Positions 8,486 to 15,819 of a stretch of DNA of 15,819 bases are shown here, piece after piece; position 1 is the first letter of the stretch; the number at the start of each line of letters is the position of its first letter. A model generated the notes under the pieces. The model did not search any database and had not been told where the DNA came from. It saw only the letters and a list, made by a program, of their open reading frames with translations. A program made the position numbers and the translations under genes. Location of the stretch: positions 11,254 through 27,072 of the forward strand of contig JBHLQM010000050.1 of assembly GCA_048884785.1 (NCBI GenBank), in the 5' to 3' direction. This DNA comes from Candidatus Thorarchaeota archaeon (GTDB lineage Archaea; Asgardarchaeota; Thorarchaeia; Thorarchaeales; Thorarchaeaceae).

Positions 8486-9787
8486 ATGGTTGAACCTCAT
8501 GAAATGGATGCATATGATGGAGAAGATACTATCCCATTCACTGCTAGATTAATGGCATACTATCGTGCGCTAGAAAGCAAAATGGAATGCCCCCTCATCA
8601 TTGATCCTTTTGCAGAGCGGCTCGCCGGAGACTTTTCTGAATATGCAAGAAAGCATAAACGCACAGTTCAGACCGGTGACTACGTAGTCATTCGTTCCTA
8701 TTATATAGAAAGCAATCTTCTGCTGGAGTGGTGCAAGAAGCACTCGAACTCTCAGGTCGTTCTCTTCGGTGCAGGTCTGGACTCTCGGGCATATCGATTC
8801 ACACCATTAAAATCAAGTTCTCAAACGATTTTCGAAATAGATTTGCCAAATGTAATTCGATACAAGGAGGAAGCATTGAAGGGTGAAGAGCCCTTGTGTC
8901 AGGTCGTTCGGATTTCTTCTGATTTGTCGAAAAAGGATTGGTCTAATGCTCTAACTGGAAAGGGTTTTTCGCACGATATCCCGACATTTTGGATACTGGA
9001 AGGTCTTGCATATTATCTTGAGCAATCCATTGTCTTGGATATACTTAGAAACCTGTGGGCATTGAGTCATCACGAGTCCGAGGTATTTCTAGATATTTGT
9101 CATCCTGGTCTATCGGATATGAACTATGGTGCATTTACTCGTCATTTCCGATGGGGGTTGTTGAAAGAGCAAATTGTCCTGTTCTTTCAGAATTGCGGCT
9201 GGAATGTGACTTGGTCGTATGCTGATGATCATGATCAAGGTCGAGATGTTGGTCAAAAGGGTCTCATATTTGTTCATGGAACCAAAGCATCTGAGATTCG
9301 AAACGATTCTGAGGTCTTCCCTGCGTCAGCGCGTGAAACTCCAGCAAAGAAACCACATCAAATCGCAGCTGAACTGGCTACTACCATAATCCCGGGAATT
9401 CAAGATGTTGTGAGAATTTATACAATGAATCGAGATGAAGGAGTGAAATCATATCTGAGTTTTGTGAGAGGTATTAAGCCATACTTGGACCAGATTGCAT
9501 CTGGATTCAAGTATCCTGTCGAACTTGGACACATTTCACCACGACTCTTAGGTGATCCATTCTCCATAGAAGCGAAGGGAGAGCGCTTTACAGATGATGA
9601 AAGGGAATCATTTGTAACTGGATATCTCCAAGCAATTATTCAATTTGTGTATTGTGCGATAAGGCAAATTGAAGGTAGATCGTTCCATGGAACTAAAATG
9701 CATTCTGAGAGTCAAAAAAATCCAGCATCCGATGGAATTACTTCCTGCTTGCCGCTGCTCCGCATATTGGAAAACGAAGTTTCTTGA
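8486..9787 (+). CDS. LCM/TIGR00027-type SAM-dependent methyltransferase with about 160-aa C-terminal extension
   Basis: Motifs TARLMAYYRALE, DPFAERLAG, QVVLFGAGLDSRAYR, FEIDLP, DL...W...L...GF and TFWILEGLAYYL. Confidence 0.88.
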   Translation: MVEPHEMDAYDGEDTIPFTARLMAYYRALESKMECPLIIDPFAERLAGDFSEYARKHKRTVQTGDYVVIRSYYIESNLLLEWCKKHSNSQVVLFGAGLDSRAYRFTPLKSSSQTIFEIDLPNVIRYKEEALKGEEPLCQVVRISSDLSKKDWSNALTGKGFSHDIPTFWILEGLAYYLEQSIVLDILRNLWALSHHESEVFLDICHPGLSDMNYGAFTRHFRWGLLKEQIVLFFQNCGWNVTWSYADDHDQGRDVGQKGLIFVHGTKASEIRNDSEVFPASARETPAKKPHQIAAELATTIIPGIQDVVRIYTMNRDEGVKSYLSFVRGIKPYLDQIASGFKYPVELGHISPRLLGDPFSIEAKGERFTDDERESFVTGYLQAIIQFVYCAIRQIEGRSFHGTKMHSESQKNPASDGITSCLPLLRILENEVS

Positions 9788-9795
9788 AATTAGAC

Positions 9796-9807
9796 AAACA
9801 CTTTAGG
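9796..9807 (+). promoter_or_regulatory. Putative promoter element AAACACTTTAGG of the preA-mmsA-ferritin-like unit
   Basis: Ends about 41 bp before ATG 9848 and matches the element upstream of the aminotransferase. Confidence 0.4.
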
Positions 9808-9847
9808 GCGTGAGTACAGATGGTGATTTCTCAGAGGTTAGAAGCCG

Positions 9848-11059
9848 ATGCCTGACACGCGATTGGAAATCGATTTTGCAGGAATCTCGTTCAAGAATCC
9901 ATTCATGCTATCCTCAGCTCCTCCAAGTATGAATCCGCGGCTTGTTGTCCGGGCTGCTAAACTTGGATGGGGCGGCGCCGTTTTAAAGACAGTAACAGAG
10001 GAGCCAAGTGTTGACCCTCGAACTCGACTTGGTGCTCTGCGAAGAGGAGGACAATTGATTGGCATGAACAACATCGAACTACTGTCTCGAGAAACCCTCG
10101 AAAAGTGGATTGATTCATACATTCCTCAGATGAAGAAAGAATCGCCAGAGGACTTCATACTTATTGCTAGCATCATGAGCGGTCCCGACCCAGAAGGATG
10201 GACAAAACTTGCAGAAAGGATGTCTAGAACTGGTGTTGATGCATTGGAGCTGAATGTATCTTGTCCTCATGGTTCTCCAGAGAAACATATGGGTGCATTC
10301 ATTGGACAGAATGCTGATTTAGTGGAGAAAGTTACAAGGGCGGCAAGGAAGGGCAGTGATCTTCCAATCCTTGTGAAGCTGACACCAAATGTGACCGATG
10401 TTGTTCCTATAGCTAGAGCTGCTGTGAAAGGAGGCGCGAATGGCGTTTCAGCAATTAACACTGTGGAATCCCTTATCGGTATTGATATTGAAACCGCATC
10501 ACCCCTGCCTACTGCGTATACCATGAAACCAAGTGGTAGACTAAGCACGTACGGGGGATACTGTGGACCCGCGGTGAGGCCAATTGGGCTTCGTATCGTT
10601 TCACAAATAGCCAGAGCAATTCCACATGTTTTGATATCAGGTATTGGTGGAATTGAAGATTGGCATAGCGCATTAGAATACATCATGGTGGGCGCAACGA
10701 CTCTTCAAGTCTGTACTGCAGTGATGTGGAATGGATTTGGCATTATCAAGGATATGATTAATGGTCTTGAGACCTTTATGGTCCGGAAGGGGTATGATAA
10801 TTTGGCGTCAATGGTTGGTGTGGCTCTGCCCAGGATCACCACATGGGAGGCATTGGACAAACTTCCTCCTGTCATTGCCAGAGTTAATGACGCCTGTACT
10901 GGTTGCAAGAAGTGCGTGATTGCCTGCGCAGATGGAGGATATCTGGCTATCCAAATGCGTGAAAAAGCTGCATTGGTGAATCCTGAGAAATGCGACGGGT
11001 GTGGACTATGCTATGTTGTTTGTGATGACAATGCAATCGAATTTGTTTACAAGGGCTAA
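9848..11059 (+). CDS. preA: Dihydropyrimidine dehydrogenase subunit PreA (FMN TIM barrel + 2x[4Fe-4S])
   Basis: Motifs NPFMLSSAPP, GWGGAVLKT, GMNNIEL, ELNVSCPH (catalytic Cys), VKLTPNVTD, SAINT, GGYCGPAVRPI and SGIGGI. C-terminal CTGCKKCVIAC and CDGCGLCYVVC. Confidence 0.93.
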   Translation: MPDTRLEIDFAGISFKNPFMLSSAPPSMNPRLVVRAAKLGWGGAVLKTVTEEPSVDPRTRLGALRRGGQLIGMNNIELLSRETLEKWIDSYIPQMKKESPEDFILIASIMSGPDPEGWTKLAERMSRTGVDALELNVSCPHGSPEKHMGAFIGQNADLVEKVTRAARKGSDLPILVKLTPNVTDVVPIARAAVKGGANGVSAINTVESLIGIDIETASPLPTAYTMKPSGRLSTYGGYCGPAVRPIGLRIVSQIARAIPHVLISGIGGIEDWHSALEYIMVGATTLQVCTAVMWNGFGIIKDMINGLETFMVRKGYDNLASMVGVALPRITTWEALDKLPPVIARVNDACTGCKKCVIACADGGYLAIQMREKAALVNPEKCDGCGLCYVVCDDNAIEFVYKG

Positions 11060-11122
11060 TGCACAAGAATCAAATAGAGGGCTCTATGTCTGCGAGAGTC
11101 CGCAATACAGGTTGTGAGAATC

Positions 11123-12571
11123 ATGACTGAAATTGTCAAGAATTACATTAACGGAAAATGGGTTGAGTCTGAGTCGTCAAAAACAAGTGACGTTATCAAC
11201 CCTGCCACTGGAGAGATTATTGCTAAAACGCCTCTAAGCACAGTAAAAGAAACTCAGGAAGCTATTGGCGCCGCAAAAGCGGCATTCTCTCGCTGGCGTG
11301 CAACTCCTGCATTGACAAGGGTTCGATATCTGAATAGAATTGGGAACGCATTTGAAGATGAGTTCGAGGAGCTATCAAAGATTCTCACAACTGAACAGGG
11401 AAAGACTCTAGACGAGGCCCGAGGAGAATATCGTCGAACCATAGAGAATATTGAGTGTGCAACCAGCATTCCTTCCCTTCAGATGGGCTATAACTCAGAG
11501 GATATCGCAGCTGGGATTGATGAAATGGTCATTAAGCAACCCTTGGGCGTATTCTTTTGCCTTGCTCCTTTCAACTTCCCCGGCATGGTACCGACTTGGT
11601 TCTGGCCGTTTGCAATAGGCACAGGAAATACATACATCGTAAAACCATCCCCGCAAGTTCCTCTAAGTCAAGTAAGGCAATTTGAGATCATCCATGACCT
11701 CAGACTGCCAAAAGGCGTTTTGAATATGATTCATGGTGGTCCAGATGTTGCCAACACACTAATTGAAAGCCCTGATACTGTTGGGCTGTCATTTGTCGGT
11801 TCAACCCATGTTGGTAAGGTGGTTTACAAGAAAGCTGGAGAGTTTGGAAAAAGGGCGCAAGTCCAAGCTGGTGCAAAGAATTTCATTACAGTGATGCCCG
11901 ATGCTGACTTGGAGCGTGCGGTCCCTGCCATCATAACTTCCTTCTATGGCTGTACAGGTCAACGCTGTCTGGCAGGGGGTGTACTACTAGCTGTTGGTGA
12001 GGTCTATGAGCCATTGAAGAAAGCCATTCTCAAAGCCTCACAGGAACTAAGTGTCGGTAACGGAATTGAAGAAGGGATTCAGATGGGTCCTCTGGCTTCT
12101 AGAAATGGATTGAACAATGTCCTGAATATGATTGATTCTGGAATCAAGGAAGGTGCCAAATTAATCCTTGATGGTCGAGGAATTCAAGTGGAAGGCCATC
12201 CTAGTGGATTCTTCCTCGGACCAACTATCTTTGACAAAGTAAAACCAGAGATGAAGATTGCAAGCGAAGAGATTTTCGGACCTGTCATTCCCATCATTCA
12301 GGTGAAAGACCTCAACGAGGCGATCGATATTATTCATGCCAATAGATACGGAAATGCCTCCTCGATATTCACCACAAGTGGTGCAGCCGCTAGAGAATAT
12401 CAGTACCGGGTGAAAGCTGGCAACATTGGTATCAATGTTGGCGTTGCAGCTCCAATTGCCACGTTCCCATTCTCAGGGATGAAGGATTCATTCTTTGGAG
12501 ACCTTCATGGCCAAGGTCGTGATGCAGTAGATTTCTTTACTGAGAGCAAAGTTGTCATCTCTCGCTGGTAA
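11123..12571 (+). CDS. mmsA: CoA-acylating (methyl)malonate-semialdehyde dehydrogenase
   Basis: ALDH fold with MMSDH signatures PFNFPGMVP, SFVGST, QAGAKN (instead of ELGGK), GQRCLA, EEIFGP, NRYGN and FPFSGMKDSFFGDLHGQG. Alternative GTG start at 11114. Confidence 0.92.
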   Translation: MTEIVKNYINGKWVESESSKTSDVINPATGEIIAKTPLSTVKETQEAIGAAKAAFSRWRATPALTRVRYLNRIGNAFEDEFEELSKILTTEQGKTLDEARGEYRRTIENIECATSIPSLQMGYNSEDIAAGIDEMVIKQPLGVFFCLAPFNFPGMVPTWFWPFAIGTGNTYIVKPSPQVPLSQVRQFEIIHDLRLPKGVLNMIHGGPDVANTLIESPDTVGLSFVGSTHVGKVVYKKAGEFGKRAQVQAGAKNFITVMPDADLERAVPAIITSFYGCTGQRCLAGGVLLAVGEVYEPLKKAILKASQELSVGNGIEEGIQMGPLASRNGLNNVLNMIDSGIKEGAKLILDGRGIQVEGHPSGFFLGPTIFDKVKPEMKIASEEIFGPVIPIIQVKDLNEAIDIIHANRYGNASSIFTTSGAAAREYQYRVKAGNIGINVGVAAPIATFPFSGMKDSFFGDLHGQGRDAVDFFTESKVVISRW

Positions 12572-12585
12572 TTAGAACGCCGGAT

Positions 12586-13026
12586 GTGAGTAAACTGGAA
12601 TTAGGTACGTTTGGAGCGGTGATGAAATTTGCATTGGAATTGGAAGCAGCATCACTAGAATTCTATGAAAAAATGCTTGCATCAACTATTGATGCTGCTT
12701 TCAAAGAACTGCTTGAGAGGCAAATTATACGGATGAAGAATAGGATCAGGAGTCTGGAGCGGGTTCGACGAGAGAATATCACGGAAATGATTCTGGAACC
12801 GATTAGGGACCTTAATGGTGATAACTATAGTATTAGCACTTTCTTGTCCGATATAAAATCAGGAAACGCTGCATATGAAACCCTCTTCCAAATTGAACAA
12901 CAGAAACGACGATTCTATTCCGACTCGGCTATGAAGATTGAATTCCTGATTGAGGCTGCCAATGCTTTTGAGCAGTTCGCAGATGATCTTGATACAGTCA
13001 TTCAAGAAATAGAAAAACACCAATAG
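12586..13026 (+). CDS. Ferritin/rubrerythrin-like four-helix protein (degenerate)
   Basis: Two related helices, FALELEAASLEFY and LFQIEQQKRRFY, are typical of ferritin-like bundles. GTG start lies 14 bp after the mmsA stop. Confidence 0.7.
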   Translation: MSKLELGTFGAVMKFALELEAASLEFYEKMLASTIDAAFKELLERQIIRMKNRIRSLERVRRENITEMILEPIRDLNGDNYSISTFLSDIKSGNAAYETLFQIEQQKRRFYSDSAMKIEFLIEAANAFEQFADDLDTVIQEIEKHQ

Positions 13027-13117
13027 AATCCCTACCTAGTTCATAATTCTGTTTCATCCATAGTTGCCCACTTCTGTGAGATTATTAGTGGGACTCTGAC
13101 CATGCAACAAGATTCCT

Positions 13118-13948
13118 ATGGAACCTTGGCAGGCTGAAAAACTAATAGTTGAACAAACAACCGAACCAATTACGCATAGTCGGCTTGTTAGAGACCTTCT
13201 TGGGATAGGCTTGAAGGTTGGTGATACAGTAATGGTCCACTCATCAATGCGGAGACTGGGTTGGGTCGTTGGAGGTGCCCCTACAGTAATCGATGCCCTA
13301 ATGGAAGTTCTCACTCCTGAGGGGACACTTGTCATGCCTGCCCATACCACTGATAATGGTGAACCCAGTGGGTGGAACTTTCCAGCCGTTCCACGAGATT
13401 GGTGGCAAACTATTCGTGATGAAATGCCTCCATATCGTCCTGAGATTTCTCCGACTCGAAGGGTTGGATGGATTCCTGAAACATTCCGGAAGTATCCTGG
13501 GGTGATAAGAAGCGCTCATCCTCAAGTTTCTTGCAGTGCATGGGGTAAGTTCTCAACGGTTGTAAATGAATCACATACTCTAGACCAGGCTTTTGGCCCT
13601 ACTAGCCCTTACGGAAAGATGTATGAATTGAATGGGAAGATACTACTGATTGGGACATTTCATGATGCCAATACCACTCTCCACTTTGCAGAATCAATCG
13701 CCTCCATTCCCAATTTTCCTTTAGTGAATAAAGGTGCAGCAGTAGAGGAAAATGGTGAAAGGGTCTGGAAAACCTGGAGAGAACGGGATTTCAATAGTGA
13801 TGATTTCAGAAAACTTGGTGAAGCATACGAGACTGCCAAAGGAGTGGTACCCGCAAAAGTGGGTCAGGCAGAGAGCCGACTAATCGATGTTAGGGATCTT
13901 ATTGATTTCGCAGTTGAATGGTTTTCCAACAATCGAAATTATGACTAG
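13118..13948 (+). CDS. AAC(3)/YokD family N-acetyltransferase
   Basis: Motifs GDTVMVHSS, WVVGG, GTLVMPAHT, IPETFR, RSAHP, GKILLIG and NTTLHFAE. Confidence 0.92.
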   Translation: MEPWQAEKLIVEQTTEPITHSRLVRDLLGIGLKVGDTVMVHSSMRRLGWVVGGAPTVIDALMEVLTPEGTLVMPAHTTDNGEPSGWNFPAVPRDWWQTIRDEMPPYRPEISPTRRVGWIPETFRKYPGVIRSAHPQVSCSAWGKFSTVVNESHTLDQAFGPTSPYGKMYELNGKILLIGTFHDANTTLHFAESIASIPNFPLVNKGAAVEENGERVWKTWRERDFNSDDFRKLGEAYETAKGVVPAKVGQAESRLIDVRDLIDFAVEWFSNNRNYD

Positions 13949-13988
13949 GTCAATTCAAGGACTGTGTAATTTCTGAAGCAGTATCTTT

Positions 13989-14444
13989 CTATCTCACATC
14001 TTCTTCATACATTCGTTGAAGCTGCTCCGCTTTATTTTGCGCCTCCGAAGCTTCCTCATCTCTTCCAATATTGTGTAGAGCACAACTATAATTTGACCAC
14101 GTTAGAGCGTCATTGGGGTCAATCCTGACTGCAACTTCTAGAGCGTCTGCTGCCTCTTCATTCCTGTTCAGTTCGGAAAAAGAACCAGCTAGGAATACCC
14201 AAAGATCAGGATCTTCAGAATCAAGTTCAATACAACGCTGTAATAGTAGCACGGCTTCTTCATTCTCTCCTAAGTCCTGAAGTACAATGCCAAGGTTCAG
14301 TAAAGCGTTTTCATTGTTCGGTTCTAAAACAAGGGCTTTCCTGAGCGGTTCCTTAGCTTCTTCGTATCTATCCTCAAACATAAGATTCATTGCAGTATTC
14401 ACAAGCCGGTCGGCTTCTTTGGAGTTGGACTTCAAGTTTCTCAT
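13989..14444 (-). CDS. Tetratricopeptide repeat protein
   Basis: About 34-aa repeats: YEEAKEPLRKALVLEPNN, EEAVLLLQRCIELDSED, EEAADALEVAVRIDPND. Start placed at ATG 14444 rather than the ORF-track 14525. Confidence 0.85.
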   Translation of the reverse strand: MRNLKSNSKEADRLVNTAMNLMFEDRYEEAKEPLRKALVLEPNNENALLNLGIVLQDLGENEEAVLLLQRCIELDSEDPDLWVFLAGSFSELNRNEEAADALEVAVRIDPNDALTWSNYSCALHNIGRDEEASEAQNKAEQLQRMYEEDVR

Positions 14445-14566
14445 CTCGCTGAATAGCCAGAGAGGATGTTTTTTGAAGATTTTCTTAGGACCTCTCTCGA
14501 AAATGTAGCGGAAATGCGTAAGCACAAATGATTTTCCTCCATACCTTTAACCCATTGGTGGAAAAA

Positions 14567-15067
14567 ATGGACCGTTTTGAAGAGAGAATTGCTCGTGTCA
14601 ATCAGTTGAAGGATGCTAAAAGGTATGAAGAAGCTCTTGATATATTGCAGAAATTGCTCACTGAGTCCCCCAACGATTGGAGATTAATCAACGAAATTGG
14701 TCACCTCCATATGGCTCAGGATGACCCAAAAGCAGCTGCAGCCAAATTTCAGGCTGCTATTGAGATAGTTCCTGAGAGCGCAGGTCTGTGGAGTAACTTG
14801 GGATATGCACTGAAAGAAATGGGTGATTTGCAAGGAGCAGTTGATGCAACTCGCACATCTAAGAAATTTGCCAGAAAAACAGCCGATATCAATGGAGCAG
14901 AATATAACCTAGCCTGCTATATGGCTCTTCTTGGTAAGAAAGAGCAGGCACTTGAGTATCTCTCGCGAGTGTGCAGAAGTGATGAATCAATCAAACTATG
15001 GGCAAGAGACGATTCTGACCTTAACTCTCTTCGATCGGACCCCCGATTCAGAGAAATAATTGAATAG
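14567..15067 (+). CDS. Tetratricopeptide repeat protein with C-terminal YNLAC...DxDL..LR.DPRF cap
   Basis: TPR units YEEALDILQKLLTESPND, WSNLGYAL and YNLACYMALLGKKEQALEYL. Start placed at ATG 14567 after a CTTTAA element (ORF track gives 14528). Confidence 0.85.
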   Translation: MDRFEERIARVNQLKDAKRYEEALDILQKLLTESPNDWRLINEIGHLHMAQDDPKAAAAKFQAAIEIVPESAGLWSNLGYALKEMGDLQGAVDATRTSKKFARKTADINGAEYNLACYMALLGKKEQALEYLSRVCRSDESIKLWARDDSDLNSLRSDPRFREIIE

Positions 15068-15085
15068 CCTACTTCTCCCTCTTGT

Positions 15086-15622
15086 CTATACCCCCACATA
15101 GCCTCGAGCTACTCTTGCCATTCCATTCATTCCAACAATAACACCTAGTAGCGCCAGTGCAAGTGTGGTATTTACTTCGGGGTATATTGAAATGACTATA
15201 GCAACGATTACAGAAACACCCCCAATGAGAAATTGACTCATTCTAAGACGCCGATCCACATCCTTCTCCAAAACTCCAATTGCCAGCCTCGCGAGTCCTA
15301 GGACCAACCAAGCTAACGCAACAAGCTGAATCATTAGAGGCTCTGCTAATCCTGTGGCTATGAGAAGGAATAATGAGATGACTATTGCCACAGATCCAGT
15401 AGTGATATTGACCAGTCTTCTTGGAACACCCTTTGCCTTCACAGCTGCGGCTCGTGCCGCCCTGGCTATTCCTATGGCCATTATTGAAATGGATAGTACA
15501 AATATCACTACAAGATGTGATAGAGTGCTTCCAATGATGATCAAGACGGCTGCAAGAACCGATATGATGCCCACTATAATATCAATCAGTCTAATCCATG
15601 TTGGAAACTCTGCTTCGGCCAT
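15086..15622 (-). CDS. HdeD/DUF308-like six-TM membrane protein
   Basis: Three hairpin repeats of about 60 aa, each with R....G...(hydrophobic) then GxAR (GIAR, GLAR, GMAR). Confidence 0.75.
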   Translation of the reverse strand: MAEAEFPTWIRLIDIIVGIISVLAAVLIIIGSTLSHLVVIFVLSISIMAIGIARAARAAAVKAKGVPRRLVNITTGSVAIVISLFLLIATGLAEPLMIQLVALAWLVLGLARLAIGVLEKDVDRRLRMSQFLIGGVSVIVAIVISIYPEVNTTLALALLGVIVGMNGMARVARGYVGV

Positions 15623-15819
15623 GTTTTGCTACCGACCACTACTGTCATATTTCCTGAATGTTAATGTTTCGTATGCCTAGCAACGAATGGGAGAATTTTA
15701 TACAGAATTACTTTGGAAACCCCTACATGATGTGGCACGACGGGATAGACACATCTTCTGTGAAGTGGCTAAAGGGTGAAGAGAGAGAAAAGGCAATTGA
15801 GATGTTGGTTCAGTCAATG

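Noticed and set aside
8367-8513. 49-aa N-terminal extension of the aminotransferase in the ORF track
   Set aside because: It overlaps the divergent gene's start and promoter, and there is a good RBS before ATG 8366.
208-9787. Wybutosine pathway link (TYW3-like ORF plus LCM/TYW4-like methyltransferase)
   Set aside because: The genes are about 7.5 kb apart. The methyltransferase has prokaryotic TIGR00027-type motifs and no Kelch domain, and the TYW3 similarity is limited to one motif.
9848-11059. Dihydroorotate dehydrogenase (pyrD)
   Set aside because: The GWGGAVLKT/NIEL motifs, C-terminal ferredoxin domain and catabolic neighbours indicate PreA.
13118-13948. Mobile aminoglycoside resistance gene
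   Set aside because: No integron, IS or compositional break is visible, and the family includes many chromosomal non-resistance members.
794-15680. Short alternative-frame and antisense ORFs (e.g. 1263-1691, 2208-2576, 10267-10686, 15354-15680)
   Set aside because: They overlap well-supported genes and have no recognisable motifs, so they are treated as shadow ORFs.

Overview
Gene-dense prokaryotic window of about 43% GC (estimated by eye) with 14 likely CDSs. No CRISPR array, rRNA, tRNA or mobile element is visible. Short leaders, TATA/BRE-like upstream elements, GGTGAT-type RBS and the gene families suggest an archaeon, plausibly Asgard/Thorarchaeia (inference only). The core (about 4.5-13 kb) is an apparently complete reductive pyrimidine degradation cluster: PreA-type dihydropyrimidine dehydrogenase with no preT in the window, dihydropyrimidinase, nitrilase-type beta-ureidopropionase, a class III PLP aminotransferase and CoA-acylating (methyl)malonate-semialdehyde dehydrogenase. 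Two unexpected genes sit in the cluster: an LCM-family SAM methyltransferase with an extra C-terminal domain and a degenerate ferritin-like protein. The flanks carry an internally duplicated TYW3-motif-like hypothetical protein, an LLM oxidoreductase, a roughly 16-TM orphan histidine kinase, an AAC(3)/YokD acetyltransferase, two divergent TPR genes and a HdeD/DUF308-like membrane protein.
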